DNA of 57,558 nt. It comes from a virus. Taxonomy: Duplodnaviria > Caudoviricetes. Location: positions 1 to 57,558 of the IMG/VR virus record IMGVR_UViG_3300050343_000013; one strand, 5' to 3'. A model generated the notes under the pieces. The model had not been told where the DNA came from. It saw nothing but the letters and a program-made list of their open reading frames with translations, and ran no database searches. Below are positions 10,377-21,518 of the stretch, piece after piece; positions within the stretch are counted from its first letter, which is position 1, and each line of letters opens with the position of its first letter. Made by a program: the position numbers and the translations under genes.

Positions 10377-12380
10377 TTATCCTAACGCAATAGCAAAAGC
10401 AATGGGATCGTCTATCGGAGCAAAACGAGCATCACTTTCAGTTTTTGTATAATGGGTTGATAGCGAGAATGTACCATAAGCTACTAGGTCTAAAATATCT
10501 CCTGCTGTAGCACCCGATGCCAGTACAACTGCTGTACCTGACGTAGCAGTAAAGTCTGTACCTGCTAATAATTTTACACCGTTAAGATAAACATCTACAA
10601 ATCCAGAGTCGTAAGTTATGTTGAATGTAGTCTGCCCACTTGTGGCTGTATAAGTTTGTCTTGATGAAGTTCCGTTTACAGATGATCCTGCTGCAGTAAA
10701 ACCAGAGCCACCATATACCTGCATAGAGTTTGAGGTAGTATTAAAATAAAGAGTTCCTACTTGAAGAGCATCACCGTCATTGTCTACTGAAGGAGCAGAT
10801 GACTTAGCACCAAGGTATCTGTCGTCAAACGAATCAAAACTAGCTGCTGCAGAGGTTGCACTAGAAGCTGCTGCAGTTGCACTGTTTGCTGCACCAGTTG
10901 CACTTGAGGCAGCGGCTGTAGCACTTGAAGCGGCTGCTGTAGCTGATGTTGCTGCTGCAGTACCTGATCCCAGAATAGTATCAACATATGTCTTAGTTGT
11001 CAAGTCTGAATTTGCACTTGGTGTATATGTAGCAGTAATTTTGTTACTACCTGCTGCTACTGCACCTGTTAAAGTACCACCTGCTAATGGTAAGAATGTA
11101 TCCGTTGCATACTTTTTAGTTGCTGCATCTTGATCTGCTGTAGGATCACCTAGTCCTGTAATCTTACTAGTACCCATAGCTATAGCACCAGACATTGTAC
11201 CACCTGCAAGTGGCAGCTTGGCAGCTATACTAGTTGTAATAGTTGTGCTAAAACTTGCATCATCGTTGATGGCTGCAGCTAGTTCGTTTAGTGTGTTTAG
11301 TGTTCCAGGTGCTGAGTCTACAAGTCCTGATACCTGTGTGTCTACATAATTTTTAGTCGCAGCATCTTGTGCAGAACTTGGATCTGTAACGTTAGCAATT
11401 GTTGTACCTGTAACGTCCAGTGTTCCGTTGACTGTTACGTTAGTAAATGTAGATGTACCAGAACTTGCAGTTACGTTACCAGTTACATCACCACTAATGT
11501 CACCTGTAATATTACCAGTTATGTTACCTGTGATGTTACCTTGCAAGTTACCAACAAAGCCAGAGCTTGCTGTAACTGTTGTACCTGTTATGGCTGCAGC
11601 ACTATTAGCCCCGATAATAGTACCATCAATAGCACCACCATTAATATCAACAGTCGCCAATGTCGCTTGACCAGATGTAGAAACAGTTGTAAAGCTAGCT
11701 GCCGCAGCACTAGAAGCACCAATTGTTGTGCCATCCACATTACCGCCATTAATATCCACCGTAGCATGAGTTGAAGTTCCTGTAGTTGTTAGAGCTGTAA
11801 ATGTACCTGCTGCTGCTGTAGAAGCACCTATTATAGTACCATCTATATTACCACCATTTACATCTGCTGTAGTTACTGTTGTAGTACCTGTAGCAGTAAG
11901 GTCAGTAAACGTAGCTGCACCTGCGGATGCTGCACCTATTGTTGCACCGTCTATTGCACCACCGTTAATGTCTATGTTAGAGAATGTAGCTGCCCCAGTT
12001 ACTGTAACAGAGTCAATGTAACCTACACCGTCAACATAAAGGTCTTTAAACTTTAACGAGGATGTACCAATGTCAATGTCATCATCAGTTACAGGAACAA
12101 TAGCACCGTCTTGTATACGTACTTGCTCTACTGCAGATCCACCTACCTCACTAAAGAAACCTACTCTATTGTTAGTAGTATCTATTACAACTTTGTTTAG
12201 TGCATCACTGTCAGCTATTAGAGGTACGTAACCACCTTCAGTGGAACTACCGTCATGCTTGTGTCCAGTAGCTAAAGCAAAAGCATCTCGTAGAGCATTA
12301 TACTCTGCGTTTACTGGTGCAGCTTTAATAACCGCATTAGCGATAATATCAGCTGCTGATTGTCTTGAATAACCTGCCAT
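10377..12380 (-). CDS. Major tail fiber (proximal)
   Basis: N-terminal anchor (GHKHDGS), INGGxIDGTxIGA repeats, DAATKNYVD motifs and an AIAFAIALG-type C-terminus. Confidence 0.8.
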   Translation of the reverse strand: MAGYSRQSAADIIANAVIKAAPVNAEYNALRDAFALATGHKHDGSSTEGGYVPLIADSDALNKVVIDTTNNRVGFFSEVGGSAVEQVRIQDGAIVPVTDDDIDIGTSSLKFKDLYVDGVGYIDSVTVTGAATFSNIDINGGAIDGATIGAASAGAATFTDLTATGTTTVTTADVNGGNIDGTIIGASTAAAGTFTALTTTGTSTHATVDINGGNVDGTTIGASSAAAASFTTVSTSGQATLATVDINGGAIDGTIIGANSAAAITGTTVTASSGFVGNLQGNITGNITGNITGDISGDVTGNVTASSGTSTFTNVTVNGTLDVTGTTIANVTDPSSAQDAATKNYVDTQVSGLVDSAPGTLNTLNELAAAINDDASFSTTITTSIAAKLPLAGGTMSGAIAMGTSKITGLGDPTADQDAATKKYATDTFLPLAGGTLTGAVAAGSNKITATYTPSANSDLTTKTYVDTILGSGTAAATSATAAASSATAAASSATGAANSATAAASSATSAAASFDSFDDRYLGAKSSAPSVDNDGDALQVGTLYFNTTSNSMQVYGGSGFTAAGSSVNGTSSRQTYTATSGQTTFNITYDSGFVDVYLNGVKLLAGTDFTATSGTAVVLASGATAGDILDLVAYGTFSLSTHYTKTESDARFAPIDDPIAFAIALG

Positions 12381-12381
12381 G

Positions 12382-13922
12382 TTATAACCTGTCTCCTACC
12401 CCAAATGTAATCACTAAGCCTTGTATACTGTGTGATGCATCTGTGTCATTAGTTACGTATTTTAAAGATGCGGATTTACCTGATCCTGATATATTAGTTC
12501 TTTGTACTGGTGATGGATTACCATCAAATATTGCAGTGCTATTATATGTAGCTTCGTTAAAAAAGCTGCAGCACCTGCTGTTGATAAATTAAAGTTAGTT
12601 GGATTTAGTGTGTCTACATCTTCATAGTCATATACAGCCGACATAACTATTGTGTTATCACCTTCAGAACGTAAGTATGTAGCTACGTTATAAAATATTT
12701 TACGTTGCTCTGGATCTTGCATATGAAAGAAGGGAGTTTGAAAAATACTAAATATTGGATCTCCTCCAAAATTATTACCCACTTCTTGCTGCTGTACTTT
12801 ACCTGCTGAAGTACCATGTATAACAATTTCGTTTTGTCCTATGTAACCACTAGCTGCACATGTAGCTGTAATACCTAACATCTGACTGTATTCAAACTGT
12901 AGACCGTTAGGTGTTTGTCTAAAACCGCCTATAATACCTTGAGTATCACTACCTGCAAAGAAATATCTAAACTGTGTCTTTTGTCTTATAACTACTGCAT
13001 TTAAACCTTCTAGATCAATATCAAATATAATATCTGTAAAAATAGACTGAATGTTTTTAGATACTGTTTCTAGATTAACGTCACCAATCTTAGCTGTACC
13101 TGAAATAGGACGTAAGCCGTCTTGAGATAAGAATAATAAGTCACCACCTATTTCTATAACACTATCTGTAGCTAGACATCCAAGGTCATCTGTAACAGTT
13201 TCTGAAGTACAAAGTTAGCTAACGCAGTTCCTGACAGTTTTTTAATATTAGTCGAACCAAATATAAACAACTCGTTTCTAAATGACTTAATAGCAACTAT
13301 AGGAAAACCTACATTTATAACTCCTGCACCATTACTTGCATGCAAAGTCTGTTTCTGCTAGTGGAGCACTAAAAAAGAGTTTAGTTGGGTGTGCAGGATC
13401 TCCTGCTAAGAATAAATGATTTTGAAATATTGCAGAAAACTTAGGATCTGTAGGAGCACTGCTATGGGTAATCTGTGTATATGTTGTGCCATCATATGTT
13501 GATGCAGGGTTTATACCATCTGTTAAAACTACTTTTGGTGTACCAAAGTTAAACTTAGAAAACCTAACCTTAGTTACCCCTACCATTGTAGGTGAACCTG
13601 CAGTTGTTACAGCATCCCAAGCTGAACTAGAGGTATTCCATTTATGTAAGTAGTTGTTACCTGATGATGGTTTTCTACAAGCTAGTATGCCATCGTTTAT
13701 ACCGTCAGCTACACAAACACCTAGTACACTTCCTGTTCCTGTAACTGTGCCATAGTTATTAGCAAATCCATTTATCTTTCTGTAGCCACCAGTAACAGCA
13801 GGTTCATAGTTAATTAAAGAGATAGCAGATCCAGGTTGGTTCTCACCCTGAGATAACACATCTCTGCTAGTATTTAGTCCTCCTTGACAGAAGACTTTAA
13901 AGGAAGCTAAATTTTCTGGCAT
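12382..13922 (-). CDS. Tail tubular protein B / nozzle (frameshifted)
   Basis: CQGGLN N-terminus and beta-propeller fragments (ORFs 13332-13922 and 12462-12881). Ends FGVGDRL-stop at 12382. Confidence 0.7.
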
Positions 13923-14657
13923 TACACAATACTACTAATAGTGTTACTAAATGACTTGTTTCGATGTATTACCGTTGACCTAACATCTAGTGGATCATCT
14001 ATAAGTATCGTCTCATAGATTTATACCATCTTGAAAGTTTTGTTGATGTATTGCAGCACTTTGTTCATTAGATCTAAATCTCATCATGTACATCATAGCA
14101 CCATCAATAAGTACGTGATTAAATCTATCTGGTATATCAGATGTATCATTAAAAGCAGTTAAGTCTGCAGGAAATGAAAAGTATACATATTCTACTACAT
14201 ATGCTATCGTTTGGTACAGGTGTAACACCAAACTTTGCTTCTAATGTTTGATAGACACGTTGTGGTGCAGATATACCAGAACCATTTGTGATCACCTTCA
14301 TCATCTAAGTCCACGATACCTTTGAGTATACTCATCATATGATATTGTAGGAAGTGGTCTAGGTGTATTGTCTGCAGATCCTAATTTTTTCAATATAAAA
14401 GGTATCCCAGTCTACAGTAGCAAAATCAGCAGGAAAGTCATATTGCCTTGTAGCTGCTGTTAATGTTTGTATTTGTTGTTTTTAAGAATGGAAACTCTTG
14501 TCCTGTTTGTATTATATTTCTAATGGAGTTATTAATAGCATCTTTAGCTAAGTGCCTGAACATTACGTACTGTAGTAAAGCCATCACCTGCTGTATCTAA
14601 CGTAACTTCGTTTAAACGAACAAGAAGTTGGTTGACCAGTGTTATGTAAGTTGCCAT
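13922..14657 (-). CDS. Tail tubular protein A / head-tail adaptor (frameshifted)
   Basis: Starts MATYITLVNQLLVRLNEV at 14657, includes the IPDRFNHVLIDGAM fragment, and overlaps the next gene at TAATG. Confidence 0.7.
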
Positions 14658-14675
14658 AAAAAAATCCCTTAGATA

Positions 14676-14707
14676 AGCTTAAAGGGGCAAGTTTCCCTGC
14701 CCCCTAA
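14676..14707 (-). terminator. Rho-independent terminator after the capsid genes
   Basis: Minus-strand hairpin ggggca-gggaaact-tgcccc followed by ttt. Confidence 0.6.
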
Positions 14708-14712
14708 GTTAG

Positions 14713-15173
14713 TTATGCAAGTGCATCACGATCTACTTCATTAGCAGTACCGTCATTACCTATATCTGTGCAATCCATCATCCATGCCCAAATTCGGATC
14801 TTGCCTGTAGTAACAGCACCACCAGACAATGTTGCAATTGTCATGTCGATGTTGTCATCAGCTACAGCCATTAATGGTTGGAATGCCGCAGGGTTCTGTG
14901 CAACTACTGCTGCTGCAGATGTACCATCAAATCCATCTACAAAACAATCGGCATCAGCCCCTGTTCCTAGATCTAGAGTTAATGTAGAACCGTCAGAAGC
15001 TGTGTTCCTTTTTTGACTGCAATTACTGGAACGACATCAGAAGCTGCAAGAGCAGAACCTTTGTCAGACAAAGCAGTTGCTAGATTCAAAACAGTTTGAA
15101 CCATGTAGGGTTTTCTACCTGGGTTAGCATTGGCTCCCCGAGCAGACTGAAGTGTATTATCACCTAAAGCCAT
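14713..15173 (-). CDS. Capsid decoration/minor capsid protein (frameshifted)
   Basis: Directly downstream of the MCP. MALGDNT... continues in another frame to ...EVDRDALA-stop. Confidence 0.55.
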
Positions 15174-15187
15174 AATTCAATCTCCCC

Positions 15188-16258
15188 TTACGCTGCGTTA
15201 TATTTAGCAGTTACGATTGCTTCTGGACGAAGAATCTTTCTGCCGTATAGATGCATACCACGAACAATGTCAGCAAAGCTGTCAGGGTCACGATATGTTT
15301 CAGTCTTACTGATCTGCTCGGCAGTTGCTACTGCTGAGTCATGACCTGCAACGATAACACCATAGTTAGTGTTTTGGTTTGCAGAACCTGCAGTTCCTGA
15401 ACCTGTACCTACGTGAAGGAAGGTTGAGGAAGTATAGAGTCTGAAGCCATGCAGGTTGTTCAGTACTAGACCATTACGTAGAGCACCTGATTCACCGTAA
15501 TCAGCGTTTAAGAACCGTGAATCTTCATCGGCTAAGATTTCCATGAATACTGGGTCAACAACAAGCCATCTACCTTGTGAATCAACTTGTTGTTGATCAA
15601 CAAACGCTTCATACGTGATACAATCATCGCAGGTGAAACAGTTGCTGTTGGTAGTGCAGTTGCACCTGGTAAACGTGCTGCTACAGGAATTGAATGATCT
15701 CCTGCAGAAGACGTTGTGATGTTACCAAATGAAGACTTGATAAGTTTCATTGAAGATAACAACTCGTCTGAACCTGCAGTTGCTACAGCTTTTGAACCAT
15801 TTGTTTGGTCATTAACTGTGTCAGCATCAGTGTGTAGTGCAGACTGTTTGTAACCTGATAGATAGCCAAGAACTTCTTGGTCATGCTGATCAGCTAAACG
15901 ATATGCTGCACGATTAGTTGCAAGATCCATAAAGTTGACATGTGAATGAGCTTCCTCAATATCGTCAATCTTAAAAGCATAGTAGTTAGCTTTATCAACG
16001 ACTAGAGAAAAGTCTTCATCGTCAAGATCTTGTGCTGACCTGTGTACCACGAGCATATGAGCTCACTGAAATTTCAGGTTCTTTGATAATTTTCACCGTA
16101 TCACCTTGGGCAGCTATCTCCCCAAAATAATCAGAGTTGGTGATGTCACCACATACTGTACTCTTGCGGAAAGCAAGTTGTACTTTTTTGGAGTATATGA
16201 TACTGGAAAAGTTACCGTTAGGTAAGTTACCGTATCCTCCTGCTGTTGTAAAAGCCAT
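15188..16258 (-). CDS. Major capsid protein (P22/HMO-2011-like; frameshifted)
   Basis: Fragments NLPNGNFSSIIYSKKV, GDTVKIIKEP, FKIDDIEEAHSH and ETYRDPDSFADIVRGMHLYGRKILRPE. AGGAGG RBS. Confidence 0.9.
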
Positions 16259-16464
16259 GATAAAATCCTCCTGATATTTGGCTTGAATTAAGCTTAAACA
16301 TCTAAAAGAGGCTGTACGTTTTCTAGGGTGCAGTTAATATTTACAGTTGCGCTAACAAATACCACTGGGCCTATACTTGAACAGGTAGTTCTTCTTAGTT
16401 TAGACTTTTATGAATTTGAGTATGACAAAAGGTAGTCAAAGTGAGGCTTTTGTCAATATACCCA

Positions 16465-16496
16465 TAGTTATACTGCTGAAAATTGATTTGTCAACA
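16465..16496 (-). promoter_or_regulatory. Sigma70-type promoter for the capsid gene
   Basis: Minus strand TTGACA-N16-TATAAC(TA). Confidence 0.7.
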
Positions 16497-16499
16497 GTT

Positions 16500-17399
16500 T
16501 TATCTAGCTTTGCCAGATACATCGTAAACAAATTTACCCGAACGGATAGCTTTGTTAATTTCGTCAGATCGTTCTTCAAATTCCATATCGGACATTTTTG
16601 CAACTTCTGACTCACGAATTGCGTCATTTGCATCTTCTACATCTACTTGTGTCTTAGTACGTTTAGTTACAGTAGAAGCTGCATGCTTTTGCTTTTGCTT
16701 TCTTTGCACTCTTAGTAAGACCTTTGTCTACTTTGTATAGATCTATAACACGAACTACAGAAGCAGGGTCATCTGAGTTTTCATATAGTGCATCTTGTAC
16801 CCACTTAGGTTGTTCATCAACCCAAGTATGAAACTCATCTGATGCACGTAAGTCATCAAAGTCTTCATGAGATTTACGTATAACATTTTCAGCTTTAGTT
16901 CTTTGAGCTTCTGTTTGAATTTATCAAACTCTTGCATACGAGCTTCAGCTTTACTAAACATCTCTTGAGCTTTTTTAGCAGCAATAGTTTCTACAATACC
17001 TGCTACGTCTGGATACTCTTTAGCCCACTCTTCTATATCTTCATCAGACTTAGGTGGTACAATAGATTCTTTTTCTAATCGTTTTTCAAAGGCTTGAAAC
17101 TTTTCGTCCCATTCTTTTTCCTTATCTTGCATGTGGCGTCTTAGATCACCGTAACGTTTTTTAAAAGATTTTTCTTCAGCAGATAACGTTTCTTCTTTAA
17201 CTTCTGTATCGGCCTCTTTTTCTTTGGAAGCTTCTTTTTCTGGTTGCTGTTCTTCGTCTTCTTCTCCACGTTGTTCAGCTTCAAGTTTACGAATCTCCTC
17301 TTCTTCAGCTTCCATTCGGCTACGTTTCTTTTCGTGATTGTAACCTCTGTCAACAAATCCTGCTGTCTTTTGTGTTTCTACTTCTGCTAGTTCAGGCAT
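16500..17399 (-). CDS. Capsid scaffolding protein (frameshifted)
   Basis: Acidic coiled coil with FKKRYGDLRRH, ending KFVYDVSGKAR, immediately upstream of the MCP. Confidence 0.8.
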
Positions 17400-17444
17400 A
17401 TTTTTTCCTTTTCTGTTGGGGTCAGCCGAAGCTGAGTAGCCTTA

Positions 17445-20400
17445 TTATTTTGTACCAGAAGGATTTTGACTTGATGCTGAAAGTGATTTTTCTAAATCAG
17501 CTACATTTTTTGCTGTTTGTACTGAATCAGTTGAGCTTTTTATATAACTATCTTTATTTTTCTGCAATTTGTTAAAAGCTTGTCTAGCTTTTTGTTTTCT
17601 GCTGTCTCCTGCTTGTTTAGATTTTTTACTATCAAATCCTTTGCCTTTTTTATAATCTGAAACTGTGTTAATATCAGGTATATTTTTAAAACCATCTACT
17701 TCATACTGATATTTTGCTACGTTGTTAGCATGTTTGTTTGCTGTTGGGAATATTTGATCAAGAAAATTTATTAAACCCCCCGCTTGTTTTTTATACTCCA
17801 TAATTTCTTCGCCAATTGTTTCAGCCAGGTCATCATGACCTCTGGCATCTGCAATGATTTGAGCTGCTTGCATATCCTGTAAGTTTTTTAATCCTTTACC
17901 TACTTGAAATGCTGCTACTAATGCTGGACCTGTTGAACCTAAAAGCATATAACCTGCACCTTGTAAAAACCTACCAGTACTAGAGTCTATGTTACCACTT
18001 TTAGCATCGTCTACAAACTTTCTAATAGCAGCAGGGTCGTCCCAATTTACCTGTGCTCCCCAAGGTTTATCTTCTTTTTCCTCTCCACCTGGAGGTGTTA
18101 TTGTAGGATTACCACCACCACCACCTCTTTTAGATCTATACATATTGTATTCAGCTAGAGTCATAGTGTATTTATCGGCTATTGCTTTTTTTCTTTCTAC
18201 TTCACTATTTACAGTTCTAGTCTGACCAGATGTATTATATAAGGTAATAGGAGTAAAAGCTTTAACTTCAGTTTGTTGTACACCCTGATTATTATTAGTA
18301 TTACTAGTAGAGTCAAATATTGTAGAACCTAATGGAATACCTGTGTAATTTTGATCTATAGCAGCTTTTCCTTGATCTAGAAAATCCTGTCCGACTTGAG
18401 CTGATGTTTTACCACCTAACATATCAGCCTCTACATCACCACCCCCATACATCATTACTGGATTACCTACAGCTTTAGCAGGTGGTTGTTCAAGAAGTTC
18501 TTGTTGTGCTTTGTAAGCATTTACAGAACCCCCTTGAGACATACCCATCATCTCTTGTATAGCTTGCATTTCTTCTGGAGATAACTCTTCGGTATTCATT
18601 GGTCCACCTGCAGGTACAGGTTCTCCGCCTATTCTACCATTCATTTCCATCTCTTGCAAGCCCATTTTTGCTCTTTTTCGCAAATCTTCAAAAAACTTTA
18701 CACCATAATAACGAACAACATCAGCAGGAACTACATACTCACCATCAGACAGCTGTGCAGGTATATCATCTCGTACTTCCTCAGCCATAGAACCTGACGG
18801 TATATCATTACCTGAGACTGGATCTACATCCATACCATCATCTGTTAGACCACCTTCATCCATAAAAGCCATCTGCATTTGTTTATCCATCATGGCTCCA
18901 CCTTTATTTAATCGTTTGTTGTACCAGTAAGTTTCAAACTCTTCTCTTGTAGGATTTTTTTCTTTAAGAAAGTTTATTACTTGAAGCATTGTATTTTTAG
19001 TTACAACAGGTTCATTTGCTGTACCTTTTGCGTCAATATTTTGAAGCACCTTATCAAAAGCTATTTCTTCACCACCTTTAAACTTAATTATACCGACTTG
19101 TATTTCTCTTCCATCTACCTCGTAACCTCTAGTGATAAACTCAGATCGTCCTTCAGGTCTTGGTTCTGGTTTAACATTGGGAAATGATTTATCCATAGAT
19201 GGTCTAGGCATTGGTTTAGTTTCAAATGCTCTTTCTCTTTCAGCTTGTTTTACAAAAAACTGATCTCCTGCTTCATATCTCGGAGATATGTCAACTCCAT
19301 CTATTGGTTCTGGTCTCATCATTGCGCCTCCTTCGGCAAATCCAAATAAACTTTTTATTTTACTAAAAGCACCTTCTTGGGATCTAGTATCTGCTAAATC
19401 TAATATATCAAAATTATCACCGTTTTTAACTAGATCACTATTTTTTATAAGATCAGGTATAGATTTTTTTAAGACTGGGTCATTAACTGTAGGACTAATA
19501 ATTTCAAGATATGCATATGGTATGTTAAAATCACTCATTTCTTCGTCAGACTTATTAGGTCTAGTATCTTTAATAACAAGTGTATCGTCTGTTTTATTTA
19601 AATCACTACGTTTAACTTTTTGTGTTTTTACAAAAGCTAATTTTACTTTTACAGTTTTTCCGTTTGGAAGTGTATAAGAAAAAGTATCTCCACGTTTAAG
19701 ATTTTTTATCTTTTTTAATTGAGAATTATTTTTAGCAATGTTATCTAAAAGAAATTTAGTTTTTTCATCTTGAATTTTTGCTTGACTAATTCCTTTTTCT
19801 TTTAATTTTAAAAAAGCTAAATATTCTGGATCACTTAAATCTTTTGCAGGTTTCATCTTATCTAATAAATGATATTTAAATTCACTTAAATCAATATCAA
19901 TTTTTGCATCAACTACACCTGGATCAACTTTTCTATACGTTTGTCTTCTGCGATAGCCAGGATCTTCTTCAATTAAAGCTTGTTGTGCTGTTTCATCTAA
20001 ACTGTCTGTAAAATCTTCAAGTTCCCTATTTTTAATTACATCTTGTTTTACCTCTAAAGGATAGCGTAACTTATTTTGAGCTTGATCAAGATTTATTTCT
20101 GCTACATTAGCATCTAATTCTCCACTTACCCCTCTATAAATTCTATCTTCAATATACCCTATTGCTACCTTTGTTTTTACATCATTTTGAAAACTGTTTC
20201 TTAGGCTAAGTAAACCATCACCTAATTTTTTTAACGTAGGGTCAGACCCTGGTGGAAGATCAAATATATTAGGGGGTAAACCTGCTTTTTTTACAGCATC
20301 GTTAAACTTTTTTATTACTTCGTCTTCAGTTGTAAATAACACATTTCCTACTTTAAGTTTTTTATCTGATAAAAAATCTGATAATAAAAAATCGGTATTA

Positions 20401-21518
20401 ACCTTATGCTCTAAAGCAGAACCTTCAATCTCCTCATATATTTTTTTTCTTTGATTTCTCTGATATTGAAGATTACCAACCAACATGTCTGAATGTTTTT
20501 TTGTTACTTCAATAGGTATACTTGAAGGACTAGCACCTGGAATAAAACCTTCATACTCTTGTATTGCATGTTGTATTTCATGAAATAGGGTAGTTTTAAA
20601 AGATGCATTATTACCTAAATTAGATACATCAATTCCCCTATCTGAATTTACATTTATTTTTATTAGATTATCACCCCCATAAAAAGATCCTAAAGATGGC
20701 ATACCACCAGTAGTCGGGTTTGTTAATCTATTTTCAAATTGAACGTTAATATTTTTTAAATGAGGATACCTTTTAAATAACTCATCATGTGTTAAAATAT
20801 CAGATAGTTTTAAAGTTTTGTTTTGATTAATACCCAGATTTTTAATTTGCACTTTAAAATTTTTAAGGTCTAATTTAGAATTTTTATCTGATAATTGATA
20901 ACGCCATTGTCCATCAGAAGGGTCAATATACCAACCTGTTTGATCGTAAACTTTCTTATTTACAACTTTAAAATTTTTAGGGTCTTCACCACCTTGTTTT
21001 TTAAAAAGATTTCTAGCCTTATTAAAATTACTATCTTCTCCAGGAGTTCTTAAAGAAAAACTCCCGAGAAGAGAAGGAGTTTTAGTTGGATCTACATAAG
21101 CTCTATCTGCAACATCTACAGCTTTACTTATTGTTTGTTTTGCAGACGCTGCTGCTGCATCTGCTACATCATCTATTAAACTTAAATTTTTTAAACCACC
21201 ACCTACAAAAGCTTCTGGCATAGCACCTAAATCTCTAGCAAAACGGCCTTTGTTATTTTCTGACATAAAAGGTACAGAGTCTGCTACAGTTCCTACAGTA
21301 AATTCATATGCAGCTTGGGTTGCTAATAAACCACTAAGACCTATATCTTTAAGATAATCCATTGATCTATTGTAAGCTGTAAGTAATTTAGGATCATTAG
21401 GATCTACATCAATTATACCTGCATCCATAAATCTTTTTCTAGCTTGCTCCCAAGTATCAGAAGCAAAGTCTGATGCAGTAAAATCCTGCTCTGGAGATGG
21501 CAGATATTCATTATCCAT
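17445..21518 (-). CDS. Large virion-associated protein: N-terminal LPD23/zincin-like polyvalent domain plus a conserved core
   Basis: TGWYIDPSDGQWRY, LSDILTHDELFKRYP and FHEIQHAIQEYEGF (HExxH). C-terminal DDIPAQLSDGEYVVPADVVRYYG. Confidence 0.7.
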   Translation of the reverse strand: MDNEYLPSPEQDFTASDFASDTWEQARKRFMDAGIIDVDPNDPKLLTAYNRSMDYLKDIGLSGLLATQAAYEFTVGTVADSVPFMSENNKGRFARDLGAMPEAFVGGGLKNLSLIDDVADAAAASAKQTISKAVDVADRAYVDPTKTPSLLGSFSLRTPGEDSNFNKARNLFKKQGGEDPKNFKVVNKKVYDQTGWYIDPSDGQWRYQLSDKNSKLDLKNFKVQIKNLGINQNKTLKLSDILTHDELFKRYPHLKNINVQFENRLTNPTTGGMPSLGSFYGGDNLIKINVNSDRGIDVSNLGNNASFKTTLFHEIQHAIQEYEGFIPGASPSSIPIEVTKKHSDMLVGNLQYQRNQRKKIYEEIEGSALEHKVNTDFLLSDFLSDKKLKVGNVLFTTEDEVIKKFNDAVKKAGLPPNIFDLPPGSDPTLKKLGDGLLSLRNSFQNDVKTKVAIGYIEDRIYRGVSGELDANVAEINLDQAQNKLRYPLEVKQDVIKNRELEDFTDSLDETAQQALIEEDPGYRRRQTYRKVDPGVVDAKIDIDLSEFKYHLLDKMKPAKDLSDPEYLAFLKLKEKGISQAKIQDEKTKFLLDNIAKNNSQLKKIKNLKRGDTFSYTLPNGKTVKVKLAFVKTQKVKRSDLNKTDDTLVIKDTRPNKSDEEMSDFNIPYAYLEIISPTVNDPVLKKSIPDLIKNSDLVKNGDNFDILDLADTRSQEGAFSKIKSLFGFAEGGAMMRPEPIDGVDISPRYEAGDQFFVKQAERERAFETKPMPRPSMDKSFPNVKPEPRPEGRSEFITRGYEVDGREIQVGIIKFKGGEEIAFDKVLQNIDAKGTANEPVVTKNTMLQVINFLKEKNPTREEFETYWYNKRLNKGGAMMDKQMQMAFMDEGGLTDDGMDVDPVSGNDIPSGSMAEEVRDDIPAQLSDGEYVVPADVVRYYGVKFFEDLRKRAKMGLQEMEMNGRIGGEPVPAGGPMNTEELSPEEMQAIQEMMGMSQGGSVNAYKAQQELLEQPPAKAVGNPVMMYGGGDVEADMLGGKTSAQVGQDFLDQGKAAIDQNYTGIPLGSTIFDSTSNTNNNQGVQQTEVKAFTPITLYNTSGQTRTVNSEVERKKAIADKYTMTLAEYNMYRSKRGGGGGNPTITPPGGEEKEDKPWGAQVNWDDPAAIRKFVDDAKSGNIDSSTGRFLQGAGYMLLGSTGPALVAAFQVGKGLKNLQDMQAAQIIADARGHDDLAETIGEEIMEYKKQAGGLINFLDQIFPTANKHANNVAKYQYEVDGFKNIPDINTVSDYKKGKGFDSKKSKQAGDSRKQKARQAFNKLQKNKDSYIKSSTDSVQTAKNVADLEKSLSASSQNPSGTK

